64,000 bases of DNA from Botryllus schlosseri. Lineage: Eukaryota. Every line of letters begins with the position of its first letter. Position 1 is the first letter of the stretch. Position numbers and translations under genes: made by a program. The stretch covers positions 11,472,001 to 11,536,000 of the forward strand of contig CM119371.1 in assembly GCA_051294905.1 (NCBI GenBank), written 5' to 3'. This document shows, one piece after another, positions 25,701 to 37,188 of the stretch. The notes beneath the pieces were generated by a model. That model was not told where the DNA came from and made no database searches. It saw only the letters and a list, made by a program, of their open reading frames with translations.

Positions 25701-27335
25701 TCATGGATAGAATAAATTGAGAGATCTGTTTTAGCAACATTACATGTGCGGCATGGCTTATAAGCGCCACCAACACCTTCTTTAAAACCAGCCATTAGTT
25801 GGGAGGCAGGGGTGTCACCAACACAAAACAGAACGTATCCGTGTATAGTTTTTTTATACCATTCACTGTGAGAGTAACACATCTGGCCATTTGTTGCATC
25901 GCCTCAGAAAAATCCTTCAAAAGTTCATTACGAGAAGAAAATTCCTTCAAATCAATAGATTTTGCAATGCATAAGAGCTGAATGCTACCAAGCTGACTAC
26001 GGCATTCGGGTGGAATATTCAGAAGGGACCAGTAAAATGCAGACATTTTATGCTTTTTGCGATGGGCACCGATTGGATTCACAATTTCAAATTCATCATG
26101 ATACAGCGAAAGCAGCAGGCTGTCAGCATTACGATTAAACCCTATATGTGATTCAAGAAATTTTCCTTGTGTGACATCTTTCATTATACCATTTGTACGC
26201 GGTGATTGTGGTGATGGCAAAGTAAGGCTACACAATAACGTTTCAAGCTGCTTGAGAAAAGGAACAAAAAAACCTGTGGCAGGTTTTTCAATCAGCTGGT
26301 TCTTTCCACAATGATATTCATTTGCAAAACGCATTCCTAATACAACTTTTTCATGATTAATTAGGCCAAAATGCTCTCGATAGAATTTGTTTCTACCGGC
26401 TTTAGTTTGTAATAGTTAAAATCCCAATCCCTGTTCTCCCGAATGATAGGATGTACAAGGGCTGTCAATGGTGGTGTTAGTGGTACCTATCAAAGGAGAA
26501 AAATTGCCACCACCATTTGAATTGACTATATCATCAAGTCCTGCATCACTCAATTTATGTAATGTTTACAGTCTCAGCAATAAAGCTGCCATGGGTAAAA
26601 TGGAGGTAAGCTCAGAACAAGGTGTATAACCTGATCCACGAGCAATTTCATTCTGCATGGGTAAAGTAGATGTAAGTTCAGAGCAAGGTGAAGGGCTTGA
26701 TTTCTCAACATTTCCAATTTTGCAATAGGATTCGGGCAGCAGGTCATAGTCAAGAGAGGATGGTGCTTCATAGCAATACAAGTCCAGTGTCTTCATATTT
26801 TTGTGTCTCCTTTTACAATGGCTACGGATATCTTCATATTTTGAATACACTATGCCACAGATCCTGCATGACATGAGAACACTCGGATGTTGATTGTGAC
26901 GCCTCAATAAATGTGTTGACAGCAAATCGGTAGTTCCGATAAAGGGGCACAACCAACACTTTCCATTAGACATAGACATTCTACCGAACCATATCAAGTA
27001 ATTGAAACTGGTCAACTGCAAAGAAAGATGTACGTAACTTAATCTGCAAGTGAGGTTTCATCACTAGGTCTATTATGATATCTTCAGAGGAAGTACTTAA
27101 ACAGCATTAGCTCCCATTTTCATGGTCTGCTCTTATGGCGCATTAAGCTGCTAGATAGAAAATAGATAATCTATATATATACTCATACCGCTGGGCGCTG
27201 GTGCTGTGTGTGAAACTCGAAAACATGAACATGACATTATTTACAGATGATGTTGAAAATTTACATAAACGAATTACCTTGTAGTAAATCAATATGCTCC
27301 CTCTTAATTCCGTTTTGCACTAAAAATATCTCCAT
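4745..27335 (-). CDS. Spliced SAM-domain (SAMD3-like) accessory gene of EnSpm copy B. Exons include 27335-27278, 24142-24042, 14801-~14654, several in 14600-13700, 12296-12192 and 5074-4745
   Basis: Phase-compatible GT-AG junctions give MEIFLVQNGIKREHIDLLQ-ENEIDESVFGTLTEGDLQKLFTVGTARRLL (SAM-like). The last exon has DLVACYYAWDLSYP..FIQRVL. Intactness of the middle exons was not verified. Confidence 0.7.
5757..6274. mobile_element. Kolobok-like MITE at the orthologous position in EnSpm B
   Basis: Reverse-complement counterpart of 1537-2058 with homologous flanks. Confidence 0.7.
7281..7462. mobile_element. Small hAT MITE
   Basis: CAATGTTCCCTC / GAGGGAACATTT termini and 8-bp TSD ATCATGAC. Confidence 0.75.
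8199..9182 (+). pseudogene. Harbinger/HARBI1-like DDE transposase, frameshifted
   Basis: GVPNVIGCIDGTHIPI, RWPGSTHDSRTF and TRVLIEQCFGVLKQRF lie in different frames. The usual GDxGY motif is missing. Confidence 0.9.
9700..11544 (-). pseudogene. Possible convergent spliced second gene of the Harbinger element
   Basis: ATG at 11544 with a GTAAGT donor near 11416, a candidate exon at ~10807-10867 and a charged coiled-coil-like exon at ~9700-9919. No Myb/SANT motif was recognised. Confidence 0.3.
18510..18906 (-). repeat. 3' LTR
   Basis: Direct repeat of 21208-21604; two substitutions seen. Confidence 0.95.
18953..21043 (-). CDS. gag: BEL/Pao Gag (SAP-like N-terminus, coiled coil, DUF1759-like capsid region, three Cys/His knuckles) fused to a truncated aspartic protease
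   Basis: 696-aa intact ORF with PPTFNGDILTFPQFWESF, CAYCSKPHLLKDC, CFRCL..H..C, CTITGCGKTHHKLLH and RIAFDSFSQKSFVT. Confidence 0.9.
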   Translation of the reverse strand: MSFVKSPSESPKSPALAPTWKPLAKMAVDDLRPELQELGEATSGSEAVLTDRLGKIRDSDKSSQKKELQSSPLSTTGSPSELVMIFQMMKHQQDLDRQQHQLDREADRQQQKLDREADRQQQKLDREAANLKFQLQLEELELKHAQDREESERRFQLQLEEIRQKSLEDRLSLREILKDAVKKPGNHPSASIGDSCLPDVIIRKFRRLNAEVVDSLQALENKYEYSTSAEEINVFIRSVEMSMTDLKTFVDSKIDQLDDDDIKTEIIDGKRRSKEIYFVHIPLAKSKSSSLKAAEEAEHAAGSLPSGIVPPTFNGDILTFPQFWESFEPLVHKNPKVSHFYKISYLKAALKGSSSGLLNGFSSTAVNYEPAVNAVLKRYGKKQAIVRNHIEDLLQGEKVEFKIDKVRRLLDAATAKRAILSQYDVSWDQLFTQVLESQLPGTLHERWIRKTSPLIEADEVPDSDLLFEFLTTELATMESLHKSRDGSRSACDKSQHKDERVSCDTEKPDRSFSVQSLVVQSRPLSCAYCSKPHLLKDCFRFVKLTPAQRLADLVLKPGKVCFRCLAPKGHKGHPKHFHQCKERCTITGCGKTHHKLLHVSAEPSINSKCMVATIDVSTSALRDSDSNTLLPAALGRINHNGDGKPVRIAFDSFSQKSFVTRDLGGSLKLSPNKSDCLDISGFGGHSTSIRSSFEVG
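21208..21604 (-). repeat. 5' LTR
   Basis: Direct repeat of 18510-18906. Confidence 0.95.
22487..23540 (-). pseudogene. Remnant of copy C transposase (N- and C-terminal parts; catalytic core deleted)
   Basis: YKEHFGLIEPE..YFVLFMQQLEALL matches B YREHFGLINHE..FFVPFLKQLETLL. FESKFNAFAV matches B FSPTMNAFAV. Confidence 0.75.
24290..27021 (-). pseudogene. CACTA/EnSpm Tnp2-like transposase of copy B with N-terminal C2H2 zinc fingers; frameshifted and interrupted
   Basis: Motifs LYHDEFEIVNPIG, FYWSLLNIPPECRS, GDTPA..GFKE..CRTC, HDVMHILLEG and FGPLRMQCAIRYEAKN are spread over ORFs 26566-27021, 25795-26334, 25073-25882, 24780-25088 and 24287-24646. Two CxxC..HxxxxH fingers at the start. Confidence 0.9.
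24654..24935. mobile_element. Solo LTR (Ty3/gypsy-like) inserted in the B transposase
   Basis: TGTAGCGT..ACGCTATA termini and 4-bp TSD GATG. Excision restores the frame HWMCIQMIDK. Confidence 0.8.
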
Positions 27336-27767
27336 TTCCTCGCTATATGCTACTTAGATTCACGTAACATTGACCGACAGATTCACGATATATCTCACTC
27401 ACTTGTGGAGTGCCACAAGGCTCAGTCCTTGGACCGAATTTTTTCCTCATTTATATTACCGACATTGTTAATGCATCTTTATTCCGCACAACGCTATTTG
27501 CTGATGATACTCACCTTTTCATTACCTCCAACACTGTCGATGATTTGCATGCATCTGTGAATAGGGAACTCCCAAAAGTGTCGAGATGGCTGCAAGCAAA
27601 CAAACTAAGTTTGAATGCAGATAAGACCAGACATTGCTTCATTGATCATTTGCTACCATCGTTTAATTTTTCTTCTATTTTATTTTTTTAACTACTCTAA
27701 CGTTTTTTACAGCCAGACTGCTTAGAGTCAAGTGTACCTGTTTGATGCTGGTGTGATCAGACTAGAT

Positions 27768-30077
27768 CAGTGCTCTTCAACCGGGGTGGTCGTACACCCT
27801 AGGGTGTACCAAAATTTGCAAAGGGTGTACCACTCGGATGGGGTGTACAGGGGTGTACCAGATCCGAATTACAATGACTCGATGGCTTGCTATCACAAAG
27901 GCAGGTTTACGGGTCAGTACAGGTTGACGCACAGGTTGATGAGCAATATGGTACGATGTTATCTCAAGTGTAATGCTGTACACCACTGTGATGTCATAAG
28001 CAAATATTAGCCGTCGGCAATAGACCAATGGTTCCTTTTGGTGTTGGCAAGTATGCAGTTAACAAACATGTGTTTAGCTCAGAGGTCTCAAACTCAAATT
28101 TACTCGCGGGCCAATTTCCTAGTTTTTAAAGACGCCGCGGGCCGCAGCATAAAGGATTGGAATATTCAATGCAGAATTTGAAAATAGGCCTTATTTGACG
28201 GGACCTTGCCGATAGGCATTCCACAAACATCGTGAAAATGTAATTTACTATTGTACTATTCACGCTCGACACGAAAAAATCACATAATTTCCAATGTTTG
28301 AATAAATTGGTTTTGTTGCGGGCATAATTTGTTAGAATAATGAGTTATAGACATCATGCAAGAGGGTGCATCATGAGTCGTAAAACTGTCGGGTTATAAT
28401 ATTTCAGCTAGTGGACTTTTTACGTGCCACAAATTTGATGTAGAATATTTTAAAATCTACTGAAGATGTATCTGATATCAGAGCATTTGAGCAGTGTAGC
28501 CTAATCCGGGTTTTGATATAGTCGTGATAAGTAGGCTATTGTTACTGTCCTTGCCAAAGTCAAATTATATCAGCGTTGGATTTTGCCTTCGCTTAATAAT
28601 TGAACATATCAATAACAAATCTAAATATAGTCATTGACCATAGTAATAGCATTCTTTCTTAACGTTTTTAGAGATCGCACCTCTTGCGCTTCTAATAAGA
28701 TTTCTAGCTTCTGTCCATTTTCAATACAATATTCCAAGTAACCGTTCCGAGTCGCAAGTCCTTCTCTGATTTTAACGTTTGATCTAACTCAACTCGAGTG
28801 ATTTATATTTAATCCTCTCGTCAATCCGAAATCGAGTAATTGTGCGAAAGGGCGGACCAAACCAAACCACAATTTTAGTCGCGAATCATCAACGGGTCAT
28901 GTTTTATCATCATGAACTAGAAATGTGACGTAATAGCTGATCTTCTACCGCATGGTAGTGATGTGATAGTGAAGTTTGTTGAGATTTCAGTGATTTTTAT
29001 AGTAGTTTTAGGGTTAACTTCAAGTTGTTATATCTAAAAAAGATATATGTCACTTAAAGATACTGTCATATACTTGAAATTCCAAAATGCCGTCGCGGGC
29101 CGCAAAAAATGCTCTCGCGGGCCGCGTGTTTGAGACCTCTGGTTTAGCTAGTCATTTGTCTTTTAGTGATTTTTGAGGAAACCGCCGCGATAGCTCAGAC
29201 TTTTTGAATCTGCACTTCCTAGCCGACGGTAATAAATACCGCAATGCACATAAATGAAGTGACGTAGCCACCCAGGGTCGAAAGAGCTTCCATGTTGAAA
29301 TCGAAACCCTTTTGTTTTAAAATGCCGATTGTATGTCCAATATTACGCCGTACATTTGCAATTTAGTATTTTGTTATTAGTGATGTAAATCAGCGACAAC
29401 AGACTGTGTATAGCGGTATACGATCTGAGGTTACTGACATCTCTTGCAGCCCATGTGCTACTATCGACTGTGTGTGGTGTGGAGCAGGCCTGATACGCAG
29501 TAGGCTGGTGCGCCTGCTATCATCGCTGATCTGAATTACCGCTTCTGCAGCAGTAGCTTTACCTACTCTCTCCCCAATACTGTTATATTTAGGTTGATTA
29601 TCGTTCGTAATGTCATGCTGTTTTTGCTCTGACACGAAGTAAATTCCAATTTGCGTGGCGGGGGGCATAACTGGCTGCGAATAGACTCTGTGACCAAATA
29701 CTATTTTATTCAAATCCTAATATTTTGACGGCAATAACTCCGCTTCTACTGGTCGAAATTGAACCAAATTTGAAGAACATCGTTTTTATAGACAACCTAA
29801 TACTTTCATGGGGTGAACAGAAATATTTCAAATTTTTCGTTATTTATTTTTATATAATAAATAGAAACTTTCTTCTTCCGTAGCAAGGCGGCTACTGGTT
29901 GGAATTGAACCAAATTTGGTGTGTAGGCTTAAGTTAGGTAACCTAACAATTTTATCAAGTAGCCAGTACGATTTGAGAAAAAAAGTCATTTTTGCAGACC
30001 CCTAATGAACAGGGGTGTACGAGTTTTGAGCAAACGTTAAAAGGGTGTACCACGTCGAAAAAGGTTGAAGAGCACTG
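27768..30077. mobile_element. hAT MITE with nested insertions
   Basis: TIRs CAGTGCTCTTCAACC / GGTTGAAGAGCACTG and TSD GACTAGAT. Confidence 0.9.
28080..29141. mobile_element. hAT (Buster/Charlie-like) MITE, intact
   Basis: TIRs CAGAGGTCTCAAAC and TSD GTTTAGCT. A partial further copy lies at ~17833-18270. Confidence 0.9.
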
Positions 30078-31235
30078 GACTAGATGACCTTCACGGTCTT
30101 ATCGATCATTCCTATCTAATACCGAATACTGTGCAAGCATATTTTCTGTACCTCCATCACTGCCGTGTGTTATGTATTTTGGTTGGATGAAAATAAAAGA
30201 CTCTCTCCCTCTCTCCCTGCGTGGTATCGATCTATCGTCTCAGGATTGCGTCATACAGTCACGAGACTCAGTTTACCGCTCCGATTGCGTCATACAGTCA
30301 CGTGACTCAGTAAGTCATGCGTAAAAGAGCAACAAAGTCAATTTTTCATTTCATCAATATTAAAATGGAAAGGGTACTATTAATAACTGAATGATTGCTA
30401 TACTGTAGTTCGATGACAATGACAGCGGTACCGAATACAAGTAAAATGTTCAACGTCGGGGTGTTTCATACATGTTTGTATCACAAATTTCTTCAGTAAG
30501 TTCGGTAGAAAAATATTATTATCACCTTCCTATTTGATCGCAATCTCTTGGTATGTTGATCTGATAATTTGTTTATAATAAACTGAAATGAGAAACAAGC
30601 GATTAACTATAAGGAGTAACGTGACTATCGTAGGTATGTAAAGTCAGATCAGAGCAAACCTCAAAACAGCGAATCGTCAGCCAGGTATTGGTACAGCACG
30701 ACCATAATAATATCTGATCACCAACCTATTTGCTTTAAGCCCAGTACCACCGTCGGTTACAACCTTGGTTAGTTATATCTGTAATAATATTGGTAATTAA
30801 ACACTGCAGCCTGAAGAAAAATCTATAGCTTAGGACATACCAATCAAATCACATTTTGCGAGGCTTTTCGACGTGCATCATGATTAACGCTCTTTAAGCT
30901 GCCTGGGATGATATATCACGTCAATAGTAACTTCGCGAAGTTTCAGAGTGAAGCTTGGCCGGCGATCTCTCAAACTCCCTCTCAATTGATATCCGGTATG
31001 AATGTTTGACACCGCATGACATTCGTCCGGAATGACTGCTGATATGCATGTGAGCTTATAGACGCATCATATGAGCATTAACCCACATCTTATAACATTC
31101 CCTGATGATGTGTGGACGTGCACACAACATGACGAATTCTCGATGTCAGATCTCAGTCAATAATACGTGTCAGCCAAATATTGTATATACCTATGCACAA
31201 TGTTGTGTCTCATTCAACGCTATGAATTTACAGTG

Positions 31236-31911
31236 TAGTAGAGAATTGGAAAGAACATTGTATATCAACAATCGTATCACAAAATATGACGTCACCAGCA
31301 TGAAATTTCGAGGGAGAAATACACCAGCCAACACTCTGTCAACAGAAGGAGTTCGTGTACCACCTGCAATGGAATAGTGCATTGAACGCTCACTCTCTCG
31401 AAATTTCATGCTGGTGAAGACATATTTTTAGATACGATTGTTGATATACAATGTTCTTTCCAATTCTCCACTAGTTGCTGACGATTACCTCTGACGAGTG
31501 TCATCCGAAAATATTTGGGTTCATTTCAATATGAACATATACTATTCAATTGTGTATTGAAGTTCTGTACCTCAATGAAGCTTTGTTATTACTCTATAAA
31601 ATCCTGTCTTACTGTGTCAAAAAATTGTTATGTTTTCAATTTGTATTGTCATATTTAACGGCAACTTACACTGTTTCTATTATTGTACATTCTACAACCA
31701 ATTCTTTTGAAATAAAATATTTTTTCGATAAGAGCATGTGGAGGTGTTTCAGGTACATAATTTCGAGCTCTGCAGCGATAGGTACGGACATGCCACTTCA
31801 GAACACATATTATTATGACATACATCGCTACCACACAACGTGGCATCTAAAAAAAATTCGAGTATTGTGTGTTTTTTAGGTGCATAAATGCACGCGTTTA
31901 AGCTTACAGTG
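31236..31911 (+). mobile_element. CMC-EnSpm copy A, 3' terminus
   Basis: Reverse-complement homolog of 3546-4310. Ends ...AAGCTTACAGTG followed by TA (CACTG terminus). Confidence 0.8.
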
Positions 31912-33858
31912 TATAACAGATGTGATATCAAAAGACAACAGAAAATTTTGTATTTACAGTCTTGAATTAATTATGAATGTTGAGAGTGAACCGGTCTGCA
32001 AAATAGGTTTTGATATTTTACCTTTCGGCATGCTGAAAAGATTGAAAGTCAAATATTATATAGTCCAATGCTTTTGAGTCAGTGTACCGTGAGACATTCG
32101 CAGATGTGCCGACACGTAAGATTATTTGCCATAGAGGTAGTCAATTGCTATTTGTTTAAAATGATAATTTTACCAATTTTGCGGCAAGAGACAATCGTAC
32201 GTAAAGTCGATGTCATGCAGAAGTCCATCAGTTCAGAGTCGGATGATAATGGGTAAAAACTGTATGCCAATAAATCACCACGGCGCACTCATACCCATTA
32301 CTATGGGTTACCGATTTCGTGGTAGCGATTTTTCAAATGCCGCATGACATGAGCACTGAACTGTCTACAAAATCCAAATGGTGATATTTTTATTACACGA
32401 TGCTCGGTAGTTTTATCACGTTTTGCTGCGCTTCTGAACTGATTTGACAACCTATACGGCTCCGTGTCTTGACGAGGGAGGGAAAGAGATTTCTTTCGTC
32501 AATCGATGATCGAAAAAACATGCAGATTTGTGGTACAAAACAATGATTGCCCGGTGTTGACTGGTAGGCTACCAGTTGTCCTAAAGAAGGCTGGGAATAC
32601 TGTGCATTATTATCCACTTCTCAAAAGTGTTTCTCGCACAACTGCAGTGTGTTACACGACCAGACGACAAATGCGGCACATAGATAAAGCCTTTTATCCG
32701 TTGGGCATGAATTAGGTGTTGGCCGGTCATCATATAGAAACGCGTTCTAAGGCTGGAAATGTCTGCTCGGAACGGCATTTACCAGCGAAAACGCAAAAAA
32801 CAACGCAGTTTTTACTGCCACTGTTAAGCGCAGCACTGAAACTCCGAATTTATCTGCACTATGATATCACAGCATGTACATTTTTTATTTTAGAACATTG
32901 ACTTTGCATTAAATTCGCGGGGTTTCGAACCCCCTCCGGGTGCAACACATAAGCAAGTAACCCAAAGTGTGTGAAGCTAAGCTGTCAATACCGTACTATA
33001 TTCAAATTCGATTGTATGGCAAGTGTAGAATAACACATTTTATAACCCTATGTGTACCATATATAGAGTTAAATGAAACTGAAGTTTATCAACAAGAATT
33101 AAAAGCCAGCACTTACCAGATAATAGACTTCCCATCTTTGCCAGGCAGTAGTATGTGCCTTTATTCCGATATTACTTATTGCTCTTCGTCAGTTATGTAG
33201 TAGATGTTTGATGCATAATTCTGGATATTGCCATAACAAATCTAATATTTATTAAATGAAAACCATGCACTGTATAATATATACACGGGGGAATTATGCG
33301 TATGTAGGCCTACCAGATATTCACCATACCTCCTGGTTAAATTCAGACTATAAGCTCTTTCAGGTACCTAATTTTAATTTCATACCCATTTTAATGGTGA
33401 ACTAGTAAAATACATACATCCTTATGGCGATATATTCGAGAGCTGTAGTGCGCTGTTTTCGCGTGCGCATACCAACTTGTTGTGTCTTCTGGGTATGCCA
33501 TAGAAAATCAGAACACAGCCTATTCCTGGGATATTTCTCCTTCAAAATTGGTTTATTTGGCCCGTTTTACCTCATTGGAATGCATGTGAAAGCAAGATTT
33601 CGTGGCATTTTCCGCTATGGTTTAAGGTGGAAGAAATCCACGATTTGCGTTAACAATGTGGGTATTGGAATTGGCGATATGCTATAATAACAAGCTATAA
33701 ATAGCTTTTTACATCGTTTCCAGTGCATGATATTCCTCGCGAATATGCTTGACACCGAAGAAACTGTGAACCGATTGATTCCTGAGCTGCTCGCGTATAG
33801 CATGGCTCGATATGATTCCTCGCTATGAGCGATATTTGGAGATCGATCTAGACTAGAG

Positions 33859-34333
33859 CAGTGGTTCCCAACTGGTGGGGAATTCAATGGTTTCTGGTGG
33901 AGGAATAGACGTAACTGTTTAACATTATATACGGAGACACATGCGCGATTACCTTTACCAGTTGACTGCTGTGGCCTGTCGAACGTATGTATCGAAAATT
34001 ATATTGCGTGTTGTTTACAAAAATTTGTTTTCAACTCTGGACAGTCAACGATAGCGTCACAAACGCATCCAGCACGACCAGTATGACGTGAAATAACGCT
34101 TTCGCTAAATTTTCAGGGTTACTCGTATCGGTTCACAATAGGTTTTACGTTGCGGTTATAAGCGATTGTCTTGCGTACTGTTGTGGTTGTGTGTCTTGTG
34201 TTCTCAAACAAGCAAATAGCTTCTCTGCAATGACAGAAAAAAGGAAATACGAGGATAGTTTTGTGTAGTGGGGAATGAAGACTCGGAATAAATCTGAAGT
34301 GGGGAATGAAGTCAACAAGGTTGGAGACCACTG
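33859..34333. mobile_element. hAT MITE
   Basis: CAGTGGTTCCCAAC / GTTGGAGACCACTG termini and an imperfect TSD (GACTAGAG/ATCTAGAG). Confidence 0.65.
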
Positions 34334-34964
34334 ATCTAGAGATATCGGGAAATCTTGAAACTTTAAGAGTGATAAGCTGATAACCAGTTGGATTCAAACT
34401 ATCGTCGCTGATCACTGAAAGCTGGCCCGCATATATATTTAATCTAGATTTGTTTGCTGATTGACTTGGAAGTAAAAGAGGAAAGTGATTGAAATTGAGA
34501 AAGACTAGAGATATTCGTAAATTTGTATAGTTTGTCGTCGATATCGCATAATAGACATGTGCCATATATATATATTAACTATTAGGCTACTATAGTGCCC
34601 GTTCACGCACAAAATCTCATCAATTGGAATTATACTCGCGAACAATAGCCTAGTCTCAAGCCCACCGTCACCAAATATTTATAACCAGACAGAGACTTTC
34701 TAACCTCTGTGCTGCCACGTCTACTCGGAAGTTGCTCTCGACTTCATATTTCCTTCCTCCTATTCACGTATACTATTATACCTATTGTTGCTACCAAGGA
34801 TGTATTTTTCATTCAAATCTCATATTACAATCAGGTCATAAATGCGTGCAGAGCAAGCCCACTTGCTATCGGAAGTGATCAGATTCGATCTCGTATACTC
34901 GTATTGTTCACTGTAGTCTTGTTTGGATAAAGAAATGATGTTTCTATCTTCATTTACAACCATG

Positions 34965-36917
34965 TTGCGAGATAGCGTAATGCAGTGGCTCCCAACCTTT
35001 TTCCACCCACGTACCATTCCGAGGTGTTATGCAGTGCTCGCGTACCACCTACATAACTTACGCGTTCCGAAGCCGGTCAAAATTTTTCTGCCATTTATTA
35101 CGTAATAATCACGTATTTGTCCTGTGCGAGGTGTAATTACAAATTATATTTAACTATAGGCCAGGGATCGGCCACCCCCGGCACGCGTGCCATTTGTGGC
35201 ACGCGAGATGATTTTTCATGGCACGCCAAATCATTTGACCGGAAACAAGATATTATAACCATGTTTTGCAAGAAGTGAAACAAAAGTTTTTCAAATGTAC
35301 AAAGCTCGTATAGGCGACCCCAAATTATTTCGCAAACTACATGAAATAGAGTCTTTTTGGCAGATTTTATTTATCTAGCAAAATTTTCCGCGCTTTGCGT
35401 GATTTACTGGGACCTGATTTCGTTATCATATTTTTTTAAATATGCATAATGTACGGAAATGAGTCCACCCGTATTAGCAGTTATGAAAGAACGGCAATTT
35501 ATCATATCGTATGAAAACGTTCGAACGCGTTGGTGCAGCCTGCGGGAGCACGACTATAGTATGCTATATGAACCGGCATTTCGGCGCTGGGCATTTTCAC
35601 GCTAGGAGACATGACCTGGACATAACGTTTCGGGGAAACATGCGACCATTCGACTCCGTGCGGTTAGTGCGCTGTCAAATTGAATGGCGGCGATAATGAA
35701 TAAAATAACCGCTACATTCCGGCCCAAACGTTCGACATTGATGTGTCCACTGTCCAGGCGCCGAATGGTAAATTCGCACCAGCTTGGTCCCCGCGTATCA
35801 AATGAGGCCCACCGACGATAATAATGAGTCCGGTGTCGAAATTCGAATTTGGAATCGTGTTCGTCTCACGAAAGAAGATATTCTTTTAGTTTCGTCTGAT
35901 ATGTCTTATCGATTCCAATATATCTGGAGCAACGACCTTGACCGCTTTAGCGCAACCTTTCGAGCTTTGCAGACAAATCTATAGCCAGACCAACCCTAAT
36001 GTGACATCAAACCGACATGTATGATACAGGGGTGGGAACATTTTTCATCATCAGGCCATATCATCGTAACAACATAGATGTGCCTGTCATTTATTGGCTA
36101 CATGGAACCGAATACAGCGGACTTGGAAACGATCAAAGCAACCACAGAATAGGCAATCGATCACAACGCGACTAAAACTAAATGATGCAAATATTACGTA
36201 TATTAGGCATATTACATATAGTGCGGGAGCGACCAAAATTTATTCCCTTCGCGACCAATACTTAAAGATTCACTGGCGTAACTGATGTCGTTGCCAGCTG
36301 GAATTAAGCGGTTGGTGAGATTCCTTGCTTAAAACGCTAAATATGACAAAATTGAAAATGTTTGGCACGCGAGTTCGTAATATTTTGTCATTTTGGAAAG
36401 CTGCATACGGAAGGTTGCCGAGCCCTGAACTTGGCGTGATCAGCCAGGGTTGATGGAATGCGTGGAATTGTTTTTTCGTCACTAGTCGCAAAAAGAACAA
36501 CATAATGAAATAACAACAAAAAACTTAAACTCAACACCACCTGAACTAATAACTCCATTCGGTCGAAAAAAAAACAGAATCTACTCGCGTGCCACCTGGC
36601 AGACCTTTGCGTACCACTAGTGGTACGCGTACCACATGTTGGGAACCACTGGCGTAATGGCATAATCCACAGCTGCGACGCCAATTGGTTGCGGGTTCGA
36701 GTCCGACCGAGGTCGACTCCAGAATTGCTGCCTATGTCTTGGAGGTTTATCCAGACTCCTCCTCGTCATCTCATCCGTGCATGCGGTGTCTTATAAAAAT
36801 CCTAGACGTGGACCGTGCTATGAGTCGGCAGTTACGAAATAAAAAAGAACAATATCGACCTGGTGTAAATGACCATAGTAATCGACAAACACCATGCATT
36901 TCATAAACAAACAAACC
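34965..36917 (+). mobile_element. tRNA-derived SINE interrupted by the MITE 34983-36651
   Basis: Reconstituted A box TAGCGTAATGG, B box GGTTCGAGTCC (~36694-36704) and an (AAAC)n tail at ~36905-36917. Confidence 0.7.
34983..36651. mobile_element. hAT MITE with a nested MITE (~35162-36427)
   Basis: CAGTGGCTCCCAAC / GTTGGGAACCACTG termini and TSD GCGTAATG. Confidence 0.85.
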
Positions 36918-37188
36918 ATGTGCTGTGCTGCATCGATTGATAGCATACATAGCTATCAACCAACACACGAGATAAAGTATCAAAGCTACATATGCATTGT
37001 GATATCCTGGACGATGAAAGAACAATCAATTTGTTGCTGACTAATTTTCTGAAGTGGACCATGATGTTTTTCTGCTACCATTCCTAAGGTTAAAGATGGT
37101 TTCGGGATTCACAACAGGTATATTTCGGATAAATAGTTATTTGCACAACGGCAGGTAAAAAATGTCAACTTTAGTCTTACCTCTAGTC

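Larger units (their letters stand above)
27362..30217 (+). mobile_element. Truncated CR1/L2-type LINE fragment, split by a hAT MITE
   Basis: RT motifs GVPQGSVLGP..LIYITD..LFADDT at 27407-27640. The 3' UTR continues after 30085 to AATAAA and a CT-rich tail. Confidence 0.75.
3546..31235 (-). mobile_element. CMC-EnSpm/CACTA copy B, full length with many nested insertions
   Basis: Termini CACTGTAAGC (3546) and TTTACAGTG (31235) with TA on both flanks. The flanks rejoin into copy A sequence. Contains a CACTA-type transposase and a spliced SAM-domain gene. Confidence 0.85.

Noticed and set aside
36660..36715. Functional tRNA gene
   Set aside because: The A box is split by an insertion, there is no convincing cloverleaf, and a SINE body and tail follow.
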